IMG/VR virus record: IMGVR_UViG_3300032030_000035
Location: 1-64,000 of that record
DNA length: 64,000 nt
From: a virus
Taxonomy: Duplodnaviria > Caudoviricetes
Reading direction: 5' to 3' (one strand)
Part shown: in pieces, positions 9,814 to 18,878 of the stretch
Layout of the letters: each line of letters opens with the position of its first letter
How positions within the stretch are numbered: position 1 is the first letter of the stretch
The notes under the pieces: generated by a model
Databases searched by the model: none
What the model was told of the DNA's origin: nothing
Seen by the model: only the letters and a program-made list of their open reading frames with translations
Program-made: the position numbers and the translations under genes

Positions 9814-10770
9814 ATGGTAGTTTTAGTTTTAACCCTCGTAATTATCGTATTAATAATATTACTGGTTCACAATAACTACCGCAAGGTAAAAATTGAAACA
9901 GTAAATAATGAAATAATACAAAAAAATAAAGAACTTTATAGCCATTTTGAAAAATTGAATCAAGAGAAAAATGGCGTTATACAAGATATAAATAAATTAA
10001 AAAATGAAGAAAATGAAATCCTTACTCATATTGACAGTTTAAGTCAGTCCGCGACAAAAATTTATGAAGATAAAGTAGCTGCGGCGGAGCAAGCTTTTTC
10101 TAATTATAAGGATAATCTTCAGAATAAGTATGATTCTGTTAAAGATGAATATGAAAACCTGGAGTTATTGTTAAAAAATGCTTATGATAATAAGCAAATG
10201 GATTTAATAAAAGAAAAAGAAAATATTGAAAAAGATATACAAAAAATAAAATCGAGTAGGGAAGCATTTATAAAATCTCAGTTAAGAGAGAAAGAAATTA
10301 AAGAAAAACAAGATTTTTATTGTTTACAGGTATCAGATGAAGATAAATCGGATATTGCAAAACTTGAAAATCTGAAAAAATCTTTTAATAAACCTCGTGT
10401 AATAAGTATGTTAATTTGGCAAACTTATTTTCAGAAAAACCTAAAGGCAAAGGCAGCAAATATACTTGGTTCCAAAACGGTAACAGGTATTTATAAAATA
10501 ACAAATATAGTTACTGGAGAATGCTATATCGGGCAAGCTATAGACGTAGCTACCCGTTGGTCTGAGCATGCCAAGTGCGGTTTAGGTATTGATACGCCCG
10601 CCGCAAATAAGTTATATAAAGCTATGCAAGAATATGGCTTAACTTCTTTCTCTTGGGAGTTGTTAGAGGAATGCCCGCAACCGCAATTAAATGAGAAAGA
10701 AAAATATTATATTTCTCTTTATGATTCTTGTAACTTTGGTTACAACACATCAAAAGGAATAGGAAAATAA
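9814..10770 (+). CDS. Membrane-anchored coiled-coil protein with C-terminal GIY-YIG nuclease domain
   Basis: N-terminal hydrophobic helix; K/E/N/Q-rich coiled coil; GIYKITN..CYIGQA..RW..H..E..GYN. Confidence 0.8.
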   Translation: MVVLVLTLVIIVLIILLVHNNYRKVKIETVNNEIIQKNKELYSHFEKLNQEKNGVIQDINKLKNEENEILTHIDSLSQSATKIYEDKVAAAEQAFSNYKDNLQNKYDSVKDEYENLELLLKNAYDNKQMDLIKEKENIEKDIQKIKSSREAFIKSQLREKEIKEKQDFYCLQVSDEDKSDIAKLENLKKSFNKPRVISMLIWQTYFQKNLKAKAANILGSKTVTGIYKITNIVTGECYIGQAIDVATRWSEHAKCGLGIDTPAANKLYKAMQEYGLTSFSWELLEECPQPQLNEKEKYYISLYDSCNFGYNTSKGIGK

Positions 10771-10804
10771 AAATAAGAATAAATAAAAGGAGCTTTTATA
10801 TAAG

Positions 10805-11419
10805 ATGGATTATAGAGAAATAATGAAAAATTTTGAAAATGAATGTTTTAAAACGGAAAACACTTTTACTGCTATTGTAGACTTTAAAAGTAGTGCAAGA
10901 AGAAATATCTATGTAGACGACATCGAAGAGGGTACCGGAGAAGGTGTTGAAGCTATGATAAGGTTTTACAATATAGAGGATGATGAAGCTGGTATTCCTA
11001 TTGAAGATAGAGATCCGATTAAGGTTTATATTAACTCTAACGGAGGTCTTTTATCTGAAACTTTCATAATGATAGATGCTATTAATATGTCAAAAACTCC
11101 TGTTTATACTATTTGTACGGGCACTGCATATTCCGGAGGATTCTTTACTTTTATTTGCGGACATAAACGATTTGCATATCCTCACTCATCATTCCTTTTC
11201 CATGAGGGATCAACTTCAACAGGTGGAACCGCAGGACAGTTTGCTAATTATGCTTCTTTTTATAAACAGGAGTTAGGAAAGTTAAAGGATTTGGTAATTG
11301 AGAAAACTGGAATTGATGAAGCTAAATATAATGAGATTCAGAAAGATGATTTCTGGATGGATGCGAAACTGGCAAAAGAACTTAATGTAGTTGACGTTAT
11401 TACACAGGAGTTTATTTAA
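10805..11419 (+). CDS. clpP: ClpP-family serine protease
   Basis: VYINSNGG, AYSGG (catalytic Ser), FHEG (His), DFWM. Confidence 0.85.
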   Translation: MDYREIMKNFENECFKTENTFTAIVDFKSSARRNIYVDDIEEGTGEGVEAMIRFYNIEDDEAGIPIEDRDPIKVYINSNGGLLSETFIMIDAINMSKTPVYTICTGTAYSGGFFTFICGHKRFAYPHSSFLFHEGSTSTGGTAGQFANYASFYKQELGKLKDLVIEKTGIDEAKYNEIQKDDFWMDAKLAKELNVVDVITQEFI

Positions 11420-11420
11420 A

Positions 11421-12095
11421 ATGAAATTTGAAAATACTGCGGTTTGGGGATTTGAGCATGCCATTAGAGGTATGCGGAATCCCAAAGAAAGCTGGAATAA
11501 AATAGATAGCGATTTTAACAATAATGTTATCGGACCTAATGACTTGAAACTTATGCAGACTCTTATTAAAGCAGGACCTGAACATCGTAAGTTTATGCGT
11601 CAAATTTTCGTTTCTGTTGATATAACGGCACCGTTATATTGGTGGAAGGAATTCGATACTTATAAAGTGGGTACAGTAGCGAACAGTACCAGTACGATGC
11701 ATAAATTAACTTCAAAACCTATCACCTTAGACTGCTTTGAAACGGATGATTATAATGGCGATTTAATTGCGTATAGTAGAGAACCTTATAATATTGACAT
11801 GTCGGTAGATGAGTGTGTTAAAGATGAAATCATTGAGTTTTGTGAGACACTTAGGCAGAGATACCTTAAAACCAATGATAAAAGATATTGGAAAGAACTT
11901 GTAAGGTGGCTGCCGCAAGGTTGGTTACAGACTCGTACTGTAACTATGAATTATGAAAATTTACTTGCAATATGTTCAAAAGGACAGCGAAGATTTCATA
12001 AACTGACAGAATGGTCTATAGCTTTTATAAACTGGGCAAGGACACTCCCTTATGCACAGGAGCTCATTTTTATTGACGAGTTAGAGGAAAAATAA
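11421..12095 (+). CDS. Divergent ThyX/Thy1-like protein
   Basis: ATG directly after the clpP stop. AIRGMRNP, H.KFMRQI, APLYWWKEFDTY, STMHKL, LPQG, NYE, HKL.EW fit the phage Thy1-like family. Confidence 0.65.
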   Translation: MKFENTAVWGFEHAIRGMRNPKESWNKIDSDFNNNVIGPNDLKLMQTLIKAGPEHRKFMRQIFVSVDITAPLYWWKEFDTYKVGTVANSTSTMHKLTSKPITLDCFETDDYNGDLIAYSREPYNIDMSVDECVKDEIIEFCETLRQRYLKTNDKRYWKELVRWLPQGWLQTRTVTMNYENLLAICSKGQRRFHKLTEWSIAFINWARTLPYAQELIFIDELEEK

Positions 12096-12099
12096 CAAA

Positions 12100-12396
12100 A
12101 TGGAAGAAGTACAAAAGATTTATATTTTAACCTATATAGATTATGAAATGGAAGTTAAATATCCGAAAATACCAGATTGTTGTGTATCTTGCTTTAAATC
12201 TTATGAGGCGGCAAAGCAAAAATTAGAGTATTATGTATCAACGGATATTAGAGGTTTTTATTTTGATATAATTAGAGAAGAATCATTTGAAGATGAAATT
12301 TTACATAAATATTGTATTAAATTAATTAACTCTAAAGATAATAAAAATTATCGTATGTATACAATAGAGGAAAAAGCACTGCTTGAAGAAGAATAA
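12100..12396 (+). CDS. Hypothetical protein
   Basis: ORF in operon context with a GAGG RBS. Confidence 0.6.
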   Translation: MEEVQKIYILTYIDYEMEVKYPKIPDCCVSCFKSYEAAKQKLEYYVSTDIRGFYFDIIREESFEDEILHKYCIKLINSKDNKNYRMYTIEEKALLEEE

Positions 12397-12398
12397 AT

Positions 12399-12427
12399 TT
12401 GATTTTTTATAAAAATAATGTTATAAT
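12399..12427 (+). promoter_or_regulatory. Sigma-A type promoter, extended -10
   Basis: TTGATT-N17-TATAAT with TG. Confidence 0.8.
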
Positions 12428-12470
12428 AATTATATATATAATATAAAATTAAATTAAGAAGGAGTAAAGA

Positions 12471-12830
12471 ATGAGTAAAGAAAAGTTTATTAATGAAGTT
12501 GAGAGTTTTATTAAGCAGGGTTATGAGTTCTCCGCAGATGCTATGGAGTATTTCGAGGCGATTAAGAATGATAAGTTTGAAGCTCCAGTTGAAAAGAAAG
12601 GGCTTACACAGAAGAGCCGTGATTTGCTTATTGTTATGAGAGACAATCTGGAGCAGTTTGATAATATTTTCGCCACTAAGAAAATTAGTGAGGTTACAGG
12701 AATTCCGTCAAGATCCATTTCTGGTTCGATGCGTTCTCTTGTAACAAAAGGATATGTTGAAAAGGTTTCCGCAGAGCCTGTACTGTATGCACTTACAGAG
12801 AAGGGCAAGACTGAAACTGTGGAAGAGTAA
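12471..12830 (+). CDS. Winged-helix DNA-binding protein
   Basis: KISEVTGIPSRSISGSMRSLVTKGYVEKV...YALTEKG. Confidence 0.7.
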   Translation: MSKEKFINEVESFIKQGYEFSADAMEYFEAIKNDKFEAPVEKKGLTQKSRDLLIVMRDNLEQFDNIFATKKISEVTGIPSRSISGSMRSLVTKGYVEKVSAEPVLYALTEKGKTETVEE

Positions 12831-12834
12831 AAAT

Positions 12835-12863
12835 TTGACATTCTAAGAAAATTTTGGTATAAT
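12835..12863 (+). promoter_or_regulatory. Perfect sigma-A consensus promoter
   Basis: TTGACA-N17-TATAAT with TG. Confidence 0.88.
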
Positions 12864-12913
12864 TATATTATAGTGAAAAAATAAAATAAAATAAATAAGG
12901 AGAAATATTTATT

Positions 12914-13870
12914 ATGAGAAAAACGATTAATAAAGAAACAGTTAGCGGTAGGGTTTATGAACATAAGCTTGTTGTTAAGCAGGTAAAGAACCAGAATTCA
13001 GAGAATTTTGGTAAAGATTTTATTAGTGGTACTATTGATGTTGCTACTGACGAAGATTGTCTTAACATTGTAACAGTTCATTTCACTTATGTTACACCTA
13101 CGACTAAGACAGGTTCTGCAAATACTACATTCGCAGCACTTAAGAAGATTATTGATTCAGGTAAGACTGTTGTAGCTGACGGCAAGGATGAAGCAACAAT
13201 GGTTACAATTAATACAGCTCTTGATCTTAATGATTTCTATACAGATAGAGATGGTAATGAGACACTTGTATCTGCAAAGAGAAATGAGGGCGGTTTTGTT
13301 ACAATCGTTAATAAGCTTGATGCTGATGAAACAAAGAGAAATACTTTCGAGTTTGACTTCCTCGTAAATGGTACTCGTCTTGTTGAAGCTGATGGTGAGA
13401 ATGTTAAGGAAGATTACCTTGTAGTTAAAGGTGGTATTTTTAACTTTAGAAATGCTATTCTTCCTGTTGAGCTTATCGTTAAGAGTGCTGGTGGTATTAA
13501 GTATTTCGAGTCTCTTGAAGTTAGTCCTAAGAATCTTGTATTTACAAAAGTTTGGGGTAATATTAACTCTGAAACTATCGTAAGAACAGTTGAAGAGGAA
13601 ACAGCTTTTGGTGAGCCTAGTGTAAAAGAGTATTCTCGTTCTATTAAGGAATGGGTTATTACTAAGGCAGCTAAGGAGCCTTATGAGATTGGTGACGAGG
13701 AAAACGGAATCACAACAGAGGAAATCGAGAAGGCTCTTAGTGATAGAGAAGTTGCACTCGCAGAGAATAAAAAGAAACAGGATGAGTGGAAGGCAGCACA
13801 GGCAGTAACTAATCCTACAACAGCTCCCACAGGAGCAACTACAGCTGCGGCAGGTGGCTTTAATTTTTAA
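12914..13870 (+). CDS. Putative single-stranded DNA-binding protein (SPbeta YorF-like position)
   Basis: Beta-rich with a flexible tail ending GGFNF; high-expression codon bias; lies just upstream of the Sak4-like ATPase. Confidence 0.5.
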   Translation: MRKTINKETVSGRVYEHKLVVKQVKNQNSENFGKDFISGTIDVATDEDCLNIVTVHFTYVTPTTKTGSANTTFAALKKIIDSGKTVVADGKDEATMVTINTALDLNDFYTDRDGNETLVSAKRNEGGFVTIVNKLDADETKRNTFEFDFLVNGTRLVEADGENVKEDYLVVKGGIFNFRNAILPVELIVKSAGGIKYFESLEVSPKNLVFTKVWGNINSETIVRTVEEETAFGEPSVKEYSRSIKEWVITKAAKEPYEIGDEENGITTEEIEKALSDREVALAENKKKQDEWKAAQAVTNPTTAPTGATTAAAGGFNF

Positions 13871-13890
13871 TTAAAACATAAAAAATCTTT

Positions 13891-13950
13891 CATACCGATA
13901 AAGATATAGGGGAAACTGATGTTTTCCCTTATATTTTTCTTCGGGGTGTG
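13891..13950 (+). terminator. Extended hairpin, terminator-like
   Basis: Inner stem ATATAGGGGAAAC/GTTTTCCCTTATAT, nested in outer CATACCGA/TCGGGGTGTG pairing. Confidence 0.55.
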
Positions 13951-14010
13951 TTCAATAGAAAAATGAAATTGAAAATTGGTTTTGAAAAATTTTGAAAGGA
14001 TTTTTTGGAT

Positions 14011-15033
14011 ATGGCAAATTTTGATATTGATGATTTATTAAACCTGGAACCTTCTACAATTAGTAGGGATTTATCTGGATATATTACATACATATATGGA
14101 CCGCCTAAGGTTGGTAAGACCACATTAGCAAGAGATATGAAATCACTTATTATCGCTTGTGAGGATGGTACTAGGGCATTAACAGGAGCTTATGTACAAA
14201 AAGCAAAGAGTTGGGCGGATATCCGTAACCTTATGAGATTTTGTAAGGATGAAAGAGTTAAAGAGAAGTTTAAGAGTTTTGCGATTGATACTGTAGACGT
14301 TGCCGCATCTTATTGTGAGAAGTATGTCTGCAACCAGCTTGGCATTTCTACTCTCGGTGAAGGCGGATGGGCTAAGAACGGTTGGGCTACTTTTAAGAAA
14401 GAGTTTGAAGAAGTATTCCGTACTATAACAATGGAAGGCTATGCGGTTTTATTTATTAGTCATGATAAGACAGAAGAAGTAACAAGACCTGATGGTTCTA
14501 AGTATACTAGAATTGTTGCCACTGCTAGTTCGTCAGTAAATAACATCATTAAAAATATGAGTGATATCATTACATATGGATATTTTGATCCTATTACTCA
14601 GGAAAGATATATGATGCTTCGTTCATTAGACGGTATGGCGGATGTTGGTTGTCGTTTCCAGTATATTGAACCTAAGATTCTTTTCGGTTATGATAATCTT
14701 GTAAAAGCACTTAATGATGCTATCGACAAGGAAGCAAGTATAAACTCTGGTAGTGTTGTTGATAAGAAAATTGAAAAGGCTAATAAGGAACTTGATTTTG
14801 ACGAACTAATGACAGAATTTAGCAATATTATAGCTAATATTCCTGGTTCTACAGACCCTAATCAGACAACTGAAGATGGTAAAAAGTTTGTATCTTATTG
14901 GCAGCCAAGAATTGTTGAAATTACAACAAAATATCTGGGTGCAGAAAAGAAAGTATCTCAATGTACTAGAAATCAGGTTGAGCAGTTAAGCTTGATAGTA
15001 GATGAGTTAAAAGAGATAACAAAGATAAAATAA
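14011..15033 (+). CDS. AAA_24 / Sak4-like ATPase (recombinase)
   Basis: Walker A YGPPKVGKTT, Walker B AIDTVD, FISH motif. Confidence 0.8.
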   Translation: MANFDIDDLLNLEPSTISRDLSGYITYIYGPPKVGKTTLARDMKSLIIACEDGTRALTGAYVQKAKSWADIRNLMRFCKDERVKEKFKSFAIDTVDVAASYCEKYVCNQLGISTLGEGGWAKNGWATFKKEFEEVFRTITMEGYAVLFISHDKTEEVTRPDGSKYTRIVATASSSVNNIIKNMSDIITYGYFDPITQERYMMLRSLDGMADVGCRFQYIEPKILFGYDNLVKALNDAIDKEASINSGSVVDKKIEKANKELDFDELMTEFSNIIANIPGSTDPNQTTEDGKKFVSYWQPRIVEITTKYLGAEKKVSQCTRNQVEQLSLIVDELKEITKIK

Positions 15034-15051
15034 TAAAGTATAAAAAAGAAT

Positions 15052-15079
15052 AGGGAGACAATAGTCTCCCTTATTTTTT
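15052..15079 (+). terminator. Rho-independent terminator
   Basis: AGGGAGAC-aata-GTCTCCCT followed by TATTTTTT. Confidence 0.75.
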
Positions 15080-15106
15080 GACTTTTTATAAAAAATATGT
15101 TATAAT
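15078..15106 (+). promoter_or_regulatory. Sigma-A type promoter, extended -10
   Basis: TTGACT-N17-TATAAT with TG. Confidence 0.8.
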
Positions 15107-15135
15107 TATATTATAAGAATAAAGGAGTGTAATTT

Positions 15136-15687
15136 ATGGCTAAACATATAATTAAATGTGCCGTTTGTGGTGAATCGTTTGATACAAATGAAATTCAAGC
15201 GGTACGTTATGGCGTTCGCCGTTATGCTCACTATGACTGTTATCCGCAAGGTGAATTAGTACCAATAATAGAGAGTAAAAGAAGTAAAAAAGAAGAGACT
15301 AAAGAAACAAAAGAAAAAGACCCAGATTTAAAAGCTCTTATGGATTATATTAACCAATTATTTGGTGATAAATGTAATTGGGCAATGACTCAGAAATATA
15401 TTAAAAAGTTTAGGGAGGAAGATAATTATAGTTATTCGGGAATCCTTAAATCTTTAATATATTTTTATGAGGTTAAACATAACCCGATAGATAAGGCAAA
15501 AGGATCAATAGGAATTGTACCTTTTGTTTACCAGGATGCTTATAATTATTATTATTCTGTTTACATGGCTCAACAGAATATGCAAAATGGAACTGTTAAT
15601 AAAGATAATGTAGTTGAAAAAACTATAAAGATACCTAAATCTAAAGGTATTCTTAAAAGATTATTTAAAATAGGAGTAGATGAATAA
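15136..15687 (+). CDS. Zinc-finger replication protein (putative helicase accessory, YorH-like)
   Basis: CxxC...HxxC; GIVPFVY motif; overlaps the helicase start. Confidence 0.5.
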   Translation: MAKHIIKCAVCGESFDTNEIQAVRYGVRRYAHYDCYPQGELVPIIESKRSKKEETKETKEKDPDLKALMDYINQLFGDKCNWAMTQKYIKKFREEDNYSYSGILKSLIYFYEVKHNPIDKAKGSIGIVPFVYQDAYNYYYSVYMAQQNMQNGTVNKDNVVEKTIKIPKSKGILKRLFKIGVDE

Positions 15688-17224
15688 TATGAAATCATCA
15701 AAATATATAGATACTGCGGCGGTAGCTCAAATTATTGGCTGCATTTATAAAAATCCTAAATTACTTGATTTAACAGATAAATATCATTTTTTAGAGCAGG
15801 ACTTTCCTAATAGTTTTCTTAGAAATATATTTGGTACTATTTCGAATATATATCAATTAGGAGCTTCACAGATAACACTAAATGCTATTGAAGATTATTT
15901 AGCACAGAGACCGAAGGCAGAAGCTGAATATAAGGTAAATAAAGGTGCTGAATATATTTTAAATTGTGCAGAAAATGCGAACCCTAACACTTTTAATTAT
16001 TATTATAATAGATTAAAGAAAATGACTTTATTCAGGGGATACGAAAGTTTAGGAATGAATCTGGACTGGTTATATGACCCTGATAATATTTTAGATAGTA
16101 AAAAGAAACAACAGCAAGAAGATTTTATAGATAACACTTCTCTGGCGGAAATAGCTAATCGAATTAATGACAAAATAGAAGCTATAAAGATGCAGTATGT
16201 AGAAGAGTTGGAAGATAATGGTTGCCAAATTGGTGATGGTGTAGAAGATTTGCTTGAAAGATTAAAGCAAACTCCATCATTAGGTTATCCACTTTATGGT
16301 GATTATATCAATACTGTAACTAGAGGAGCCCGCTTCGGTAAGTTTTTCTTAAGGTCTGCCGCAACAGGTATTGGAAAATCTCGTAGTATGATAGGAGATG
16401 CTTGTTTCATTGGCTGTTCTCAGATGTATGATTTGGAACATAATAAGTGGATAACGATAGGCGCAGGTCAACCAACACTTTATATCGCAACAGAGCAAGA
16501 CCTTGAAGAATGTCAAACAATGTGTATTGCATTCCTATCTGGAGTTGATGAAGAGCATATACTTAAAGGTGAATATTATGCAGGAGAGTGGGAGAGAGTT
16601 CAGAAAGCATCTCAGTTATTAAGACAGAGTAAGATATACTTTGAGTGTATCCCAGAGTTTGACTTAAAAACTATTAAAGCTATAATCCTTAAACATATAA
16701 GAGAACATCAAACACAATATGTTTTCTTTGATTACATTCATTCTTCTGCTTCTATCTTAATGGAAGTAGATGGCAAATCTGCAGTTAGTGGATTAAAAGA
16801 ACATAATATATTGTTCTTACTCTCATCTGCTTTAAAAGATATTGCTGTTCAGAATGATATATTTATTCTTTCTTCTACACAGTTAAATGCTCAGTATACA
16901 GAAACTGAAACTCCTGATCAGAACTTACTTAGAGGTTCTAAGGCTATTGCCGATAGAATTGATGTAGGTATGATATTAATGGAAGTAACTAAAGAAGATA
17001 AAGAAAAATTGGCTCCATTTATTAAAAAGAATAATTTTACAATGCCTAATATAAAATTAAGTATCTACAAAAATAGACAGGGTAGATATAAGGGAATGTA
17101 TTTATGGATGAATGCGGATAGGAGTATTTGTAGATTTAATCCAATATTTGCTACAGACTGGAATTATGGTATTATAGAAATGGAGAATTTAAAAATTAAA
17201 GTTGAAGAAGAGGGGGCATTTTAA
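15680..17224 (+). CDS. DnaB-like replicative helicase
   Basis: Walker A ATGIGKS, ATEQ, FDYIH, STQLN, LRGSKAIADRID, KNR. Confidence 0.9.
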   Translation: MNNMKSSKYIDTAAVAQIIGCIYKNPKLLDLTDKYHFLEQDFPNSFLRNIFGTISNIYQLGASQITLNAIEDYLAQRPKAEAEYKVNKGAEYILNCAENANPNTFNYYYNRLKKMTLFRGYESLGMNLDWLYDPDNILDSKKKQQQEDFIDNTSLAEIANRINDKIEAIKMQYVEELEDNGCQIGDGVEDLLERLKQTPSLGYPLYGDYINTVTRGARFGKFFLRSAATGIGKSRSMIGDACFIGCSQMYDLEHNKWITIGAGQPTLYIATEQDLEECQTMCIAFLSGVDEEHILKGEYYAGEWERVQKASQLLRQSKIYFECIPEFDLKTIKAIILKHIREHQTQYVFFDYIHSSASILMEVDGKSAVSGLKEHNILFLLSSALKDIAVQNDIFILSSTQLNAQYTETETPDQNLLRGSKAIADRIDVGMILMEVTKEDKEKLAPFIKKNNFTMPNIKLSIYKNRQGRYKGMYLWMNADRSICRFNPIFATDWNYGIIEMENLKIKVEEEGAF

Positions 17225-17229
17225 TAAAC

Positions 17230-17364
17230 ATGGATAAAGAAACTTGTATCGAATATCTTCGAATTCTTCAAGGTATGATAGAATGGGAATATAGTATGGA
17301 TTTCTGTGTAGCCCTTGATTATGCGATAGATTATTTAGCTGAGGAGAAAACTGATGAAAATTGA
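17230..17364 (+). CDS. Small hypothetical protein (44 aa, not in ORF track)
   Basis: MDKETCIEYLRILQGMIEWEYSMDFCVALDYAIDYLAEEKTDEN; fills an operon gap. Confidence 0.55.
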   Translation: MDKETCIEYLRILQGMIEWEYSMDFCVALDYAIDYLAEEKTDEN

Positions 17365-17524
17365 ATTAACATTACCCGATTCCTTAATTCACTCTTTTAA
17401 CTATGATAAGTTTAATGATTTAATGACAACTTTAGAGCAAGATGCATTTCTTGCGGATGATAGTTATGAAAGCGTAATGATAAAACAATTAAAAGATAGT
17501 TTTCAAAAGGCGATTATATTATAA
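17354..17524 (+). CDS. Small hypothetical protein (56 aa, not in ORF track)
   Basis: GAGGAG RBS; MKIELTLPDSLIHSFNYDKF...AIIL. Confidence 0.6.
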   Translation: MKIELTLPDSLIHSFNYDKFNDLMTTLEQDAFLADDSYESVMIKQLKDSFQKAIIL

Positions 17525-17541
17525 AGAAAGGAAAAATATAA

Positions 17542-17769
17542 ATGGATAGAAATTATGCAGTAGGTGGACTTAAATGTCTTAAAAAAAATAATCAGCTTTT
17601 TTCTGACATATATAATTTTGCAATAAAAAATATTGAATCTTGGGAAAATTTTCAAGAGACAATAAAGGTAATGCTTTCCCAATGTGAAAGAGATTCCGCA
17701 GAATATAAAACCTATAATACAGTTTTAGAAGTTATAGATTATTTTATGGAAGAAATGGATAATATTTAA
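17542..17769 (+). CDS. Hypothetical protein
   Basis: RBS present; stop overlaps the primase start. Confidence 0.6.
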   Translation: MDRNYAVGGLKCLKKNNQLFSDIYNFAIKNIESWENFQETIKVMLSQCERDSAEYKTYNTVLEVIDYFMEEMDNI

Positions 17770-18878
17770 TGGGTTATCAATACGATAAAGATAAAATTAA
17801 ACAAGAGCTAACAATAAATCAAGTAGCGGATTTTGTTGCGGAGTTAGGCGGGGAACCGATAGAGAGAAATGGTATCTTAGTTTGCAAAACTATCTGTCAT
17901 TGCGGGCAGCATCATAAACTCTACTACTACCCTAACACAAACTTGTTTAAATGTTATACTGAGTGTGGCGATACCTTTGATATCTATGACTTGGTAAAAA
18001 GAGTTAAGAGTAAAGATAACGTTAAATATAGTACAGCTAAATCTATTCATTATGTAGCCCAATATTTTGGTTATAGTCCAGATGTAGCCTTTGAAGAAGA
18101 CGAAACTGATGAAGAATTAAATAAATATTGGGCGGTATTTAATTCATACGATAGAATTAAAGATATTAATAAAGAAACTCAACAGGTAGAGTTAAAATTT
18201 TACGATGATAATGTAATAAAAAATCTTCCAAGACCAAGATTATTAAATTGGGAATCGGAGGGAATAACAAAAGAAATCTGTGATTATCACAATATTTGCT
18301 ATGACCCTAAGAATTGTGGTATAGTTATACCACATTATGATGAAAATAATAATCTTATTGGTATAAGGGAAAGAACTCTTATAACTGAAAATGCAGAGCG
18401 ATACGGGAAGTATTTGCCCGCCCGCATCAATAATGTAATGTATAATCATCCTTTGTCTTTTGCTCTATATAATTTAAATTGGAGCAAAAATAATATTAAA
18501 AAGATTAAAAAGGCTATTGTTTTTGAATCCGAGAAAAGTTGTTTGCAATATGCATCAATGTTTGGGAGAGAAAATGATATATCAGTAGCCTGTTGCGGAA
18601 GCTCGTTAATTAGTTATCAAGTAGAGTTATTAAAAAATAAAGGCGTTAACGAAATTATTGTAGGTTTTGACCATGACTTTACTGATTTAACAGAAAAGAC
18701 TGCAAAGAATATTATAAAAAAATATAAAAATATTTATTTAAAATATGGCAATTATATAACAATTAGTTTTATATGGGATAGAAATAATCTTACTCCGTAT
18801 AAAGCTTCACCTACAGATTGCGGGAAGGAGATATTTTTGACATTGTTCAAAGAAAGAGTTAATTTATATGAAAATTAG
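17769..18878 (+). CDS. DNA primase (zinc-binding + TOPRIM)
   Basis: TICH...CYTEC zinc site, IVIPH, GIRER, FESEKS, GFDHD. Confidence 0.85.
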   Translation: MGYQYDKDKIKQELTINQVADFVAELGGEPIERNGILVCKTICHCGQHHKLYYYPNTNLFKCYTECGDTFDIYDLVKRVKSKDNVKYSTAKSIHYVAQYFGYSPDVAFEEDETDEELNKYWAVFNSYDRIKDINKETQQVELKFYDDNVIKNLPRPRLLNWESEGITKEICDYHNICYDPKNCGIVIPHYDENNNLIGIRERTLITENAERYGKYLPARINNVMYNHPLSFALYNLNWSKNNIKKIKKAIVFESEKSCLQYASMFGRENDISVACCGSSLISYQVELLKNKGVNEIIVGFDHDFTDLTEKTAKNIIKKYKNIYLKYGNYITISFIWDRNNLTPYKASPTDCGKEIFLTLFKERVNLYEN

